From Lama guanicoe (lineage: Eukaryota), in assembly GCA_013239625.1 (NCBI GenBank), contig MU055574.1, positions 7,639,386 to 7,703,385 of the forward strand: 64,000 nt of DNA, read 5' to 3'. Below the pieces are notes generated by a model that saw only the letters and a list, made by a program, of their open reading frames with translations, was not told where the DNA came from and ran no database searches. This document shows positions 13,101 to 25,449 of this stretch, piece by piece (the stretch's first letter is position 1; each line of letters starts with the position of its first letter). The position numbers and the translations under genes were made by a program.

Positions 13101-15789
13101 AGAGTTTAGTAATTAACCTGCTTTAGACCAAGTACCATAGAACTTGAAAAACATAAGGATGTCCGATGTCTGGAACAATGAGTCTTTGGAACCACTTTCA
13201 AAACGCAGCAGTCTCCCCTTAACAGTTATGACCCAACCAAGAACACAGCCCAGGTGCGGGCAGCTGCTGGCAAAAATTCATCAAAATGGACCTGGACCGT
13301 GATTTCATAAAACCTTTCAAACTCTATTTTAAAATGTAAATCGATGCCTTCCTTTTTTGTTCAAGCAAATGGATAGTGAAAATCACAGTGCTGTTCAGTG
13401 AAGCACCAGCTGCTGATGAGTCTGGGGGATGACAAGTCGGTGAGCTCATCAGGGAAAAAAACAAACAAATAAAAAAAAACACAGACTATCACATTTACAT
13501 CTTCACCTAAAAGAAAAAGGAAAAAGTCCAAGTCATCCTACCAAAACAAAACTAAAGGAAGATTGTGATTTACCTAAATATATATTCTGAATTAAATATT
13601 CACCCTTTCCCTGAAACTGAAGAGGGCCCTTTTATGGTCAGTTTTGAGGGTTGCAGTAAGATTTCATGCAGTATTGGGTTTCTTACTGGTTCATAAATTT
13701 CCTATTTGACATTTTTCAATGTATTATCCCAATGGTTCCCGACCCTTTTTGATTGAGGCACCCTAAATCCACTGTTTTTCTGTATTTCCAGTCTCACCAA
13801 TCCCAACCTCTGTAGGTATTAATTCCCCACAGGATCTAACCAGGTCACCCCAGCAGCCACAGGACACAGTTTTGCCACCACTCATCTCAGCAATGCTGCC
13901 CTAAGAGGAAGACTTTGCAACAGGGATCCTAAGGCATTACAAAGCAAACCTTTTTACAGACACCACACAGCTCGAACCACGCACAAGGCTGCTGCATGTA
14001 AACACAGAACAAGATTCATCCGCCTTCAACACTCAGCTGTACACCCAGCGAGTGTTCTCCCAGGTCTCTATGCAAAACTACAACAACCCTTTAGGAAATC
14101 CTTTGCATCTATTCACCAGAAGAAAAAAAAAAAGGTTATTTACCCCAAACAAGATATTTATAGAAGCAGACTTTTTTCTCATCCCTACTTTTCCAAAAGA
14201 AACGGATGCCTTGAAAACAAGCCGTTTATGCAAAACAGCAAATTCTGGGATAGTCGAAGGATTAATCCAATCACAGGCATTATTTAGAATAATACTCTTC
14301 ACCAGTAATTGATGTACACAGTGATTACCATGGGCTACTAAGTGCCTCTTATGTTATTAAAAATAAATTTAAAATACTCCAAGTGTATGTGACCAAATTC
14401 TTTGAAAACAGTTAATCCATGGATGGAATACATGGTTACTCCTAGTTTTCAGCACGTATTTTCCAGCCACTCTGGATTAAGAGGAATTTACCATTTGTGT
14501 CTACACATGATCATACAGCATTAGGTTCACATGTGAAATGAAGAAGCAAACCTGTGATTCTCCCTGAAATCAGCTCTTCTATCCCAGCCTACAGAAATTT
14601 TCAGAATAGCCTCAAAAGGACATAATAAATCAGTATGTTTATAAACAGAACAGATGAGGTGTTCACTAGCTCCTGAATTTTTTTGTAGTTGACCAATAAT
14701 TCTTCTACTTGTATAAAAACGGGTAACAGCCTTCCAAAATACTGAGTTTTCAGGGACCTGGCCAACAACAGAAAGCAAACATATTTGCACCAATCCCTGA
14801 GCAGTTAGCATGACTTCTGCTTGGAATGGGAGGACATACTGTACTAAAATTTACCCACTACAAATGGTTCCCCTCCACTCAGCCATTTGCTATTAAAAGA
14901 ACCAAGCTGTTCCAAAGATAAGCAGGAAGTGGATATTCAAAATGTGTAGGCGGGATATTTTCATAGAGCTTCTCTAAATTCCTAATACCTGAACAAACCA
15001 AACCAAACTGAAAACCAGGCTCAAGCTTTAACCGGAGTTAATAATAAAAAAACAATGCTCATTTATTTCTCCTTTCAAATATCTATGAGTATACTTTTTT
15101 GAACATTTTTGGTAAGACTGCTTACAGATGTCTGCAAAATACCACATCATCATAAGCCTAAATTTCCATTTTCAGATCTTCTTTTCCTTCAGTTTAGGCT
15201 TAATAAAGATATACCTATTTGGTTTCTTTTTAAAAATCTGTTTTGTTCCATGTAAAGTAGTAAAAGAGTCCAAACAATCTTATTGTTCTGAAAGCAATAT
15301 TTTGGGACACCATGCCCTTATGACTGAGTTATAAGGCAGGTACGGAGGGTGAGCTATGTGCTAACACCACAATAGCTCTCGTGGGGATTCAAATTAACTA
15401 TACATGACAGGCCCGTGCTTAGGAGCTAACCACCCTGTAGCACAGGCAATACGTGTACACATAAAACAATTACATTCCCCTCTGAAGGGTACAGACAAAA
15501 GGAGGAGAAGGAAAATCCTGAAGGCGTCTGGCTAGGACCGAAGAGGGGAAGGACACTCAGGAGGGAAGAGAGTGAGACAAGGCCTGAAGACCTGAATAAA
15601 CATGGCCCATTCACAAGACATTAAGGAGGTCAAGCGGACGCCCTCAGAGGGCTGGAGAGATGAGAAGAATGAAAACTGTCCAGGCAGGACAGCTTTGGAG
15701 GTCACCTGTCCTAACACCTCTACTTAACAGATAAGGACCTGGGCTTAAGGCGGGGAATGAGTCCACGAAGACTCTGAAGAGCCCACCAT

Positions 15790-17090
15790 GCGCTATTTAC
15801 TGAGCACTGAGCTGCAGAGGGGAGTGACAAAATGTCACTGACCTCACAGAGTGCAGAGTGGGGAGAGTCAGACAAAACAACACATCAACAATTTGATAAT
15901 TGATTATTTCAGGTTCTGGTAAGTTCTATGAATACAACAGTGATATAAGGTGAACTGGAGATGGAGAGAAGAAATCACTCAATCCTGGGTCACTGATGGC
16001 CCATCCAAAGAAGTAGCGTTGGAACTGAGACTCGAACAGGGAAAAGGAGCCATACCTCGGATGATGTGGGTTCCCAGCATTCCAAGCAGGGAAAACAGCA
16101 AGTGCAAGGACCAGCACAGGAACAGCTTAGCAAGTTTAGGGAACAGGATGAAGGCCGAAATGTGGAGCCTGATTGGGAATGGAGAGTGCAGAGGGAGATG
16201 CCCTCAGAAAGGCGGGGCCCTTCGGGGCGCGGTGAAAAGCTTGCATTTTATTCTAAGGGTAATGAAAACACACTGGAGACTCCGTAGCAAGGGAATGCAT
16301 TATACAATTTATACCTGATAGGCTACTCTGAGGACTGTGGCGTCAGGGAAGCGAGTTAAGAGCTCTTGCAGCAGGCCAGGCCAGAGGCTGCTGGCCTGAA
16401 CCGAGGCTACGGCAGGGGAGAGCTGAAGAAGACCTTTTATTCAGCACTTACTTTGGAGAGAGAGCCAAAGGACTTGCTGGACTGAGTGGGAGGCCCGAGG
16501 GAATGAGATGAATTCTGGAATTTGGGCCTGAGCAATGCGGGGCATGGTGGTTCTGTTTACTGAAATGGGCCAAGTTAGTTGGGGAGCAGAGCTGTTGAAG
16601 GCGGACACTGATAGTTCCTTTTTCACTTTCTGAACTTTGGTATGTCCATGGGGCAGCCGAGAGCACATACTAAGGAAGTGTTTAAGTTGGGAACTTAGAA
16701 GAAGATCCATTCATAGACATAAAACTTTGAAAATGACCAGCATATAGATGATATCTGAAACCATGCGACTATCGATACCTGCTAGAGAGCTCAGATAAAG
16801 AAGATAAATGGATTTAGGACAGAGCCACTGGGAGCTACAACACCTGGGTGAAGGCCTGCAAAGAAGACTGAGAAGGCAAGGCAGGTGAAAAGCCTCGCAG
16901 ATGTAGTGTCAGGGAAGCTGGGAGAAGCCAGAATTTCACTAAGCAAGGTGATGGCCAACTGTTCCAAATGCTGTTCAGAGTTGAAAATAGGAAGACAAAG
17001 AATGACCACTGGCTTTTGCAAGAAGCATGGGAAGTGAAGAACTTGAGACAGTTAGAAATACACACACTTGAGGAGAGTTGATGGACAGTG
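15790..17090 (-). mobile_element. L2 LINE, long degraded fragment
   Basis: Starts ctatttactgagcac; internal L2 motifs gcattccaagcagggaaaacagcaagtgcaagg, tttgggcctgagcaat...ggtggttctgtttactgaaatggg, cagcatatagatgatatctgaaaccatg. Confidence 0.8.
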
Positions 17091-17550
17091 AGGTTTCCAG
17101 ACCCAGCAATTTAAAAGCAAGTCTCTGGATTCCACTTCCTGTGCTATTTTTTGACACTAAGCTGCCTCTCGTCTTGTAAACCATACAGATCCCCTGAGGA
17201 ATTCTGAGCCAGGAAGAGGGGTGCTCTAAGAGAATTATTATAAAGTTAATCAGATCGTGTACAAGATCAGTTTGAGATGAAAGATGCTGTGGTCTCCAGC
17301 TGCAGCATGAGGAGAGCCTGCGTCGGCCGGGGCAAGAACGGAGGTGAAGGGGCCGCAGGGGCAGCTCAAGAGAACACACAGCACCACAGCAAGTGAGAAA
17401 GGCTTTCAACTGAGTGTCGCTGACATCAAAAGTCATGTAACAGGGCAGGAGAACAATGCGTGTTGAAATACAATAAGGCTAAGTAAGCGCTTTTGAAGAA
17501 TCCATGATAGGATATTATAGGATACGTCACACGACATCTCTGTTTTAAAA

Positions 17551-17652
17551 ACATGTTCATGTATGACTGAAGCATTATGCTGTACACCAGAAACTGACAC
17601 AACTGTAAACTGACTGTACTTCAATTAATATACATCTATATATATATATATA
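17551..17652 (+). mobile_element. Short L1 3'-terminal fragment with (TA)n tail
   Basis: gtatgactgaagcattatgctgtacaccagaaactgacacaactgtaaactgactgtacttcaat matches the cetartiodactyl/camelid L1 3' end. Confidence 0.8.
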
Positions 17653-17679
17653 AAGATGGCATAAAGATACCTACAAAAT

Positions 17680-18021
17680 ATCACTTGTATGTGGATTCTA
17701 AAAAAAACAAAGACACAAATGAACTTCTTTATGAAACAGAAATGGACTCACAGACATAGAAAAACAGACTTATGGTTACCAGGGGGAAAGGAGAGGTGGA
17801 GGGATAAATTGGGAGTTTGGGATTTGCAGATACTAACTACTGTATATAAAATAGATAAACAACAAGGTCCTACTGTAGAGCACAGGGAACTATAGTCAAT
17901 ACCTTGTAATGGCCTATAATGAAAAAGAATATGGAAAGGTATATATATAAATGTATAACTGAATCACTATGCTGTACACCAGAAATGAACACATGGTAAA
18001 CCAACCATACTTCAATTTTAA
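17680..18021 (+). mobile_element. 5'-truncated cetartiodactyl L1 (3' UTR) with 17-bp TSD
   Basis: gggataaattgggagtttgggatt...agcacagggaactata...gctgtacaccagaaa; TSD aaagatacctacaaaat (17663-17679) and aaagatatctacaaaat (18022-18038). Confidence 0.92.
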
Positions 18022-18831
18022 AAAGATATCTACAAAATGACAATTTCCCATATTCTTGTTCTTCTGTCATATATTATGCTTTTATTTTTGCTAATACTTT
18101 AAATGAAATAAAAGTTAGTCTTCTTAACCATCTTTTACCTTCTTGTACGGCCCAACAGGTACACTAACGATCTCTTATAACACATACATCTATGCATACA
18201 TACGTCTAATTATTTTTAGCCAAGAATGTCCACTTTAGTTACTCAATTTTTATTAGCTGGCCAGCTAATTGTAATTAAGCCCAATGAAGAATATAAGGTC
18301 ACAATATAAATCACTATTTCCAATGAGTACTTTAATAAATAAAACTTTTAAAAATGACCTAGAAGGTAAAGAATACAATACTAAGAGTTCAGAATTGAAA
18401 TTCCATTTCAGAAATATTTCCGTTCAACACTATTTAGAATTTACACATCTTGTTGCCTCCCTGAAATGCTTTACTACCCAAGTCCAAACTGCACCTCATT
18501 TCCAATATTTTGTATATCACAATGCCTTTGGTAAAATTAAAGAAAATAAAGGGGAAAAAATCTAGAGTTTAGCAGATGAATCCTTTAGTGCTCTTACAAC
18601 TGTAACATATGGAAGGCGCTAGAAAAATTAAGCCTCCTGAGAAGTATGCCATTGTCCCCAGGAGGACTATACCATTACAAGGGGGTGGGAAACAATGAGG
18701 ATTATAAAATACCATATTTTACAAAAAAGTATTGCAGTGATTCTTCCTTAGCTTTTCTCATTGGAAAGATGCACCTTTCATCAATGGAAACCCAACTTAG
18801 AGGATTCAGGTCATAATTTCCAAACAGATGA

Positions 18832-18860
18832 TGTGTGTGTGTGTGTGTGTGTGTGTGTGT
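18832..18860. repeat. (TG)n microsatellite
   Basis: Perfect TG run of about 14 units. Confidence 0.95.
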
Positions 18861-19329
18861 CTTAAAGTGGAGCCCCCAAGGCAACGCAGCACTCTTGCAA
18901 GACATTATTTAACTGATTCTCATGAATGTGTTTCCGACATCGATTTTTACAGGAGTAGAGGCAATTCTTGACATTCTAGACAATTGTCAGGCATATTTTT
19001 TATATCATTTAAACTTCTGATGCAGTAAACTGCCTCCCCAAACTGTCAAAATCCAAATCACGTTGGCTTCAGTACAAAGAGAAAGTGATGGAAACAGAGT
19101 GTACTCCAAAATCACATTAACACAAACTCATTAATCACTGCATTGGTAACAAATGTTCCTGATTTTGCCAAGTAGTTTAAAGCACAACTCTGCCTCCTTC
19201 TGTATACAGCATTTCCCAGAACTATTCAGGTCTAAATGGTAACAAATCTATACATTCATTAATATAACAAATAAGAATGCATTTTTAAACAAGGTTTCAG
19301 ACCATCAGTTCCTCTGGGTGAAAAGGCAA

Positions 19330-19656
19330 AGTGTGCTCCAGAGGGACACTTTATTGAAGAGAGCAGTCAAAGAAGGAAGAGATGGTCCTGCCAGTGGTCA
19401 AAGGCCATCCCATAAACCACTGTAAGTCAGTGACAACCCTNNNNNNNNNNNNNNNNNNNNNNNNNNNNNNNNNNNNNNNNNNNNNNNNNNNNNNNNNNNN
19501 NNNNNNNNNNNNNNNNNNNNNNNNNNNNNNNNNNNNNNNNNNNNNNNNNNNNNNNNNNNNNNNNNNNNNNNNNNNNNNNNNNNNNNNNNNNNNNNNCGTC
19601 TCAGCAGTGACAGAACATTGACTGTGAGGATGCCGAGAGACCTCTGTGCATTCCTG
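19330..19656 (-). other. Candidate terminal exon spanning N block 2
   Basis: On minus: gtgtgcctttggttcCAG|CAG tandem acceptor (AG at 19658-19657 and 19655-19654); AATAAA at 19355-19350, followed by CA dinucleotides and a U-rich tract (ctttgccttttc). Confidence 0.35.
19441..19596. other. N block 2 (156 nt; assembly gap or masked sequence)
   Basis: Run of N seen directly; unique flanks. Confidence 0.99.
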
Positions 19657-19749
19657 CTGGAACCAAAGGCACACTGACTACCCCATTGTTGTAATGACAG
19701 AAACCACAGGGTTATCGTGGAGATGGGGCTCCACACGCAAGGTGAGGTC

Positions 19750-19980
19750 ACGGTGTGGAACGAAGCATCTTGAACTCGAAAGTCTGATTTCTATTCCTGG
19801 CTCTGCCATTCATGAACTGTGTAGCATGTCATTTAACCTGTCTGATCCTCTTTTATACCATTTACAGATATAGGGAAAGAGCAGCATCTGTCCTGTCCAC
19901 CACACCACAGAGGTTTTGTAAGAATCCAGTAAAAATATATGTATAAAGCCCTTGGCAAATTATGAACTCTTGTGAAAATG
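19750..19980 (+). mobile_element. MIR SINE
   Basis: ttcctggctctgccattcatgaactgtgtagcatgtcatttaacctgtctgatcctc... Confidence 0.65.
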
Positions 19981-22900
19981 GAGATTTCCCATTTCATGGA
20001 GGAGCACATCTTTTAAAATGTGGACAGTGGGTAGCCAGTGAAGGTTCTAGATCTTCACAGTAAACTATTAAAAAATGGTATTTTAAGAAGATGAGCATTG
20101 CAGTGGAATCAACAATTGGTCACAGGTAGAGTAATTTCAGTCAGGAGCACCATCTAAGAGGCTGTAGTAGACTAGGTGTGACATAGCAAAACCTGTCTAG
20201 GGTGGTGGTAGCTGAAATATACAGCAGGGGATTTGTTGTTGTTGTTGAGCATCAGGTATAATAACACATTAGAGAGGAATATCACATGAGCTGCCATCAG
20301 AATCAAAGCAATCACTCAGCCCTCTCGGCCCTCCACTAGCATTCCAAAGGTGACCTTCTTGGTCCTTCTCCTCCCTCCTCTGTCGCAAACTCAGATCTCC
20401 ACTTGCTCATGCCAGACTCCTTTCTCCAAATGTTTTTCACTTCCTCACAGCGGCTGAGGAGGCTCTCTGCCCTCCACTGACTTCTGATCCCTTATCTCAC
20501 CTGTCCCAGGCCATCTGACCTCAGCTGTTCTGGCAACCGTGGGTCCCGTATAGTCAGACATCCCAACAGGCTCCTCCCATCCCTTCACCTTCCCTCCCCT
20601 CCCCCTCTCCCAACCTGGCTCACCCTACAGGCTGCCTTCTCTGTTTCCCTGGCTTACACTGAAATACCAGCAAAGATCACGCAATAGTGCCCCACGGACT
20701 TCTTTGAGGACAGGAATGATGTCCAGTTCACTGTTGTATCCGCAGAAGCTAGCACAGGACCTGGCATATAGAACACCATCAATATACATTGGACAAATAT
20801 GATAGTATTTGGAAACTCTAGAATCCACCTCCCCTATTACTTTTTTCTCTTGCCCTATACCTACCCCCTCACTGCTCCTCTTTACTAAATTCTGTTTTTC
20901 TTCCCGTCCCCAAAATAATACCACTTCCCAGGGTTCTAAAGTCAGCTCCCTTATATTCCCTTTTTGTTCTCTCTCCAACAGAGTTCCGTTCCCACCAACA
21001 AACACAGGAGAACGTCAAGACATTTCATCACTTACTCTCACTAGAACCCCTATTCAATACTTTTGTCAAGATTCCCGTAACTTGAACCTCACTCCCGGAG
21101 GTGAAGCTTCACCCAAAAAATGACTCCAGGGAGAAGGAACAAAGGTCAGGGAGGAGTCCAATGCTCCCAGTGGACAGCTGAACCCCTGGGGTACTGACAG
21201 GCAAGCCTCAGCCATCAGATCCAGTCACCAACGTGTCCTAGGTTAATGACAAAGAAGCCCCCTTTCTCAGGCTCATTACTGCCTTGAAAAGTCCAGGCTC
21301 CCTGAGCCCCAAGTTTTCCACACCTCAAAGGCTCCACACCTGGTGCCGTTCCTTGAAGATAGTCTTCCACACAGAAGAGAAAGCTTTGCTTCAGCACTTC
21401 ATTACACATGTGGGAAATACACCCACTTCCTTGAGATCTTGGCCCAAAACTGCCCCTTCAGCCAATGTGGCTTTGACTCTGACATCATCTGAGGGCAAAG
21501 TTCAGCCTATAGTTGGGTTCTGTCTTGATTTCTCCCTCCCATCAACATCAGGCACAACTCAAAGCCACAGTCGTAGCCACAGGTTCCTCACATCTCTATC
21601 TGGACAAAGCAGTTCTATAAGATCAAATCTGTCTTCACCCCAGAGCTTCCGCCTTCTGTTACTAGGACCCCTCCCCCATTCTTCAGCCACTGGGCTCAAA
21701 CCTCAGTCACCCTTGATGCCTCCACCCCTCAGTTTGGATCAAACGTGGGACATACATCATTTTCTCCCCAAACTAGACTCAAGTTTCTCGAGGACAGAGG
21801 GCTTTCTCTTACGCTTTAGGTAGGGTTAAAAGGCACAGGTCTTTCTCATGGTTGGTGCTATACATTCCAGACCTTTCTTAAACCTACTCCCTCAGGAGGA
21901 AGATAAATTCTTTACTGGACTATGCCATGTGGCCTTCAGAACACCTCTCCACTCACATAAAACTAACCAAAATAAGAAAAGGAAACCATTTTCAGTACGA
22001 CTTTACCTAGTTCACATGAGTCCGGCTGCAATTTTATAGAAAATGAGGCACTTGTGGGCAATTATTTATTTAAATATCTGTAAGTCTCCGTGTCAAGAAT
22101 TTTTAAATGTCCAGTAAAAAAATCTAAAGGTTTGGAAAGGGGTCATTTTCAGATGAAATTCTGCAGCAAGTGAATGTTGAGAAGCTTGAGTGTTACCACA
22201 GCCTATTTAAGATGGAGCATGATTCCCCTATACAGGTTCTTAGAGGACGTTCCTGTCCATTCCTTAGTTCTGAGGCAATCAGATAGCGTCATCTAACTTT
22301 AGTAAGTGAGAAGAATGCTTCTGATGAAAATTCTTGGACCTGAGTCCCACCATTTGTATCCTAAAATACAGCATCTGGGTTCTTCCTTTTATAGAAAATA
22401 GATCTTCTTCCACATTAAGTGAAAAGAGTAGAATAAAAGATTTCCACAAGAAATACATTTCTCTCCATCCATCGTGTCTACAGTGATTGCATCTGCCCTG
22501 AGCTCCTCGACTCCTCTACGAGCCACCATTCACCAGAAACCTCTACCCTGCTGACTCAAGTGATGCCGTCTAGTTGTGGAAATCTGAAGACTTCACAGCG
22601 GATCCACGCATCAGTCACCGAAGGACGCCAGCAACCTCTGTCACAGGAAGATTAAGAAAAGACATTTAAAGCTGCAAACATTGCCCTAGCTAATTAGCAG
22701 AGTTTTGTCACCATTAGCGGGGCTGCAGGAGGACTGAGCCCAGTGTCACCACCTCTCTCCTGACACCATACCTATGAGAGCTGAGCCTTCCAGCTCCTAA
22801 GCCCCAGCAGGAAATCTCCAATGGGGAGCGCCTGTCCCTTAGCTGCTGTCCACCAGTGTGTAATTCTGAGTGTAAAGCCCACCACTTTACTGGGTCTCAG

Positions 22901-25449
22901 GTTGCTCCTCTGTAAAATGGCAAGTAAAATACAAAGAATTCATAAAACTAAGGAATTCCTTCAATGCTGTGAACATAGTAATTACACATAAGAAGCAGAA
23001 GAACCATTTACCAAATGAAATAGTTTTACCCCCTCCCAGAATGAGCTTTCTATGTGGGTCATTCAACTGTCCCAACACTGTCATTTAGGTATTATCCTGA
23101 TTTTATATAATTTTGAGGGTTTCTTTTTTCCTTACGTAATACTAGAGTAATGTACCTAGAAGAAGGTAAAATTAAGTATCATGTCACCTCAATGTTTTAG
23201 GTGGGTTTTGGGGTTTGCATCATCCCCCTGCAACATAACAGGAAGCTCACTCAGAAGACCACATGTTAACCAGGAAACCCCAGCAGCTGCACTGACCAAG
23301 GCCAATAAACCAATCACTCCCACTACATAAATAAAGGCTCTGATCATCCATAAGTAATAAAAGTGTCTCCATGGGAACCAAGTGTACAGTGGGATCCACT
23401 CACAATGCAGGATCTGCTTTGACCAAAAGACTTCCCTTCAAGGGGAGATTCTGCTCTAACTTAGGTTCATACGTGGTCATACATGAATATCATTGGATAT
23501 TACACCTGTGGAAATGCAGTCTTGATGCTTACAAAAAGCTCTGCACATGAAGAGAGGAAGAAAGAAAAAAAAAAGGTTTGGAAGAAAAGATTTGCATATG
23601 TAGTTATAAAAATACCAAAGCAGATTCCATGCTAAGCTCTGCCAAAAAGAGAATAATTACTGTTGCCCATCAGCGTGCAGCCTGGAAATTATATCCTCTT
23701 CTTCAAGCAGAAGCAGTCATCAGATTATCAAAATGAGGTGATCCTGCCTAAACTCAAATAGTTCTCATACGGAAGAAGCACAATGCAATCAACAGACAAG
23801 CAGCTATTTCTCTCCCACACAAACTATAATCTTTTGTGAGATATATTTTTAATGAAGAATACATCACCCTCCTACATGTTTGGTTCTGCTCTTACACTCC
23901 TCCCCAGAAGAGCATACATGCATTTTAAAGAGAGGGGGAAGAATTTTATAGCTTCTAATAACATCCCTTACAACGTGGGGCAAAAAGGAATCTTAGCATC
24001 TGAGCTAACACCCAAATCTTTTTCATGTGATGTTACTTTTATGAAAGTAAAGCTAGTCACCGATGGCTCCTGGGGCACAGTACAGTGACATAAATAGAAA
24101 CAGTGGCTCTCACCAATATTTTAATAATTTATTTCTAATTAGATACGTTATGAAGGCTCAACTCATCCAATTACTAACGACTCAAAACTCACAGAGTTCT
24201 GAATTTTAACCTTTCACAAATTTTAAATTGCTTGTCATGAATCACACTGCTCCTCCAAGAAGCAACTTTCCGAAAGGAAAGTGTTTTCTGTAGATGAAGC
24301 GTACGGTGACATCCTTTTGTGTTTCTCCTTCAGTCATGTGAGTTGCAAATACCTGAAACTGAAACAATATGACTTGACAGGGCGATAGATTTTTCTACTG
24401 GGATAGCTAATTGGAAATGAGGCTAGCAAAATAATTATGAATTATTTTTAGTGGCATTGGATGAGATATGAAAGGTAAGAGTAAAAACTTTTCCATTAGG
24501 ATTTTTTCACCCCACATAGCACCTGTTTGAGGATACCAGCCTCTGGGATGTATCTCAGAATGCGGTTCCTGAGAGGCAAGCTGTTAAGAAACTAGTTACA
24601 TGAATGGTAACCTTAGTAATCTGTAATCTGAGAGGATATGCCTTCAGTTCTGGGGGGGAATGAGAATACAACTTGGAAAGCCAAATCAGTAGATGTTATA
24701 TTTCCATTATGAAATAGTCTTTAAAAAGCAGAAAACCAGTTTTGCCTAATGCTTACATGATATGATTGCATTACACTAAAAGAAGTGCTTTAATTTTGTC
24801 CAACTGTCAGTTTAAAAAACAAAATAATCGCTGAAAGGACAGCCCGCAAACACAGGCAAGCCAGAGTGGGTTTGATTCCCACGGGTACTTCACCCCATCT
24901 GTACAGAAACTGGTCTTCTTTAACTCAGCATAAGGTCACGAACTGCTTTTGCAAACAAGGTAGTATCAGGGAAAAACAGAGGAAGAGAAAAAAGAGGATG
25001 AGGAAGAAGAGGAGGAGATGGATAAACAGAGACAAGGAAAAAAGTTTAGGGGATGGACACGCTTATTGGAAAGCCAGTGGAGCTGCGAAAATGCTGGTGA
25101 CTAACTCTCATTCTGCAGCTCAGGAACCTTATTGACCATGATTAAGCAAGAGGTGGTGAAAAGGAAGAAATTGAGAAAACAGTTCTGTGAATTCAGTTAG
25201 AACTCACTTCCACACGCATACACCAATGCGTGGCCCCACTTCGCAAAACGTGCCCAGGCGAGGTGCAGGTTAACTTTTCCCAGTCACCTCCCGACCCTCC
25301 TAGATGTAAGACAGCACGGGAGGCCTGTGTGCCGCCACGAATGCTGGGACACCTTCCATTCAAAGCCCCTACACTTCTATGCAGGATCAGAACAGTCCAG
25401 AGGCTCCTGGATCAATTCAACTGAAGGGAAAAAAACAAAGTCTTAACTA

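Noticed and set aside
13413-13452. CTGATGAG resembling a hammerhead ribozyme core
   Set aside because: It pairs with ctcatcag as a simple 8-bp hairpin, and there is no stem II closed before a GAAA. Other CTGATGA copies I checked (9121 on +; about 9564 and 11866 on -) also lack the GAAA and stem arrangement.
21284-21823. 179-aa ORF (also 1417-1914 and 16975-17436)
   Set aside because: No recognisable protein family or splice context; composition is that of random intronic or repeat-derived frames.
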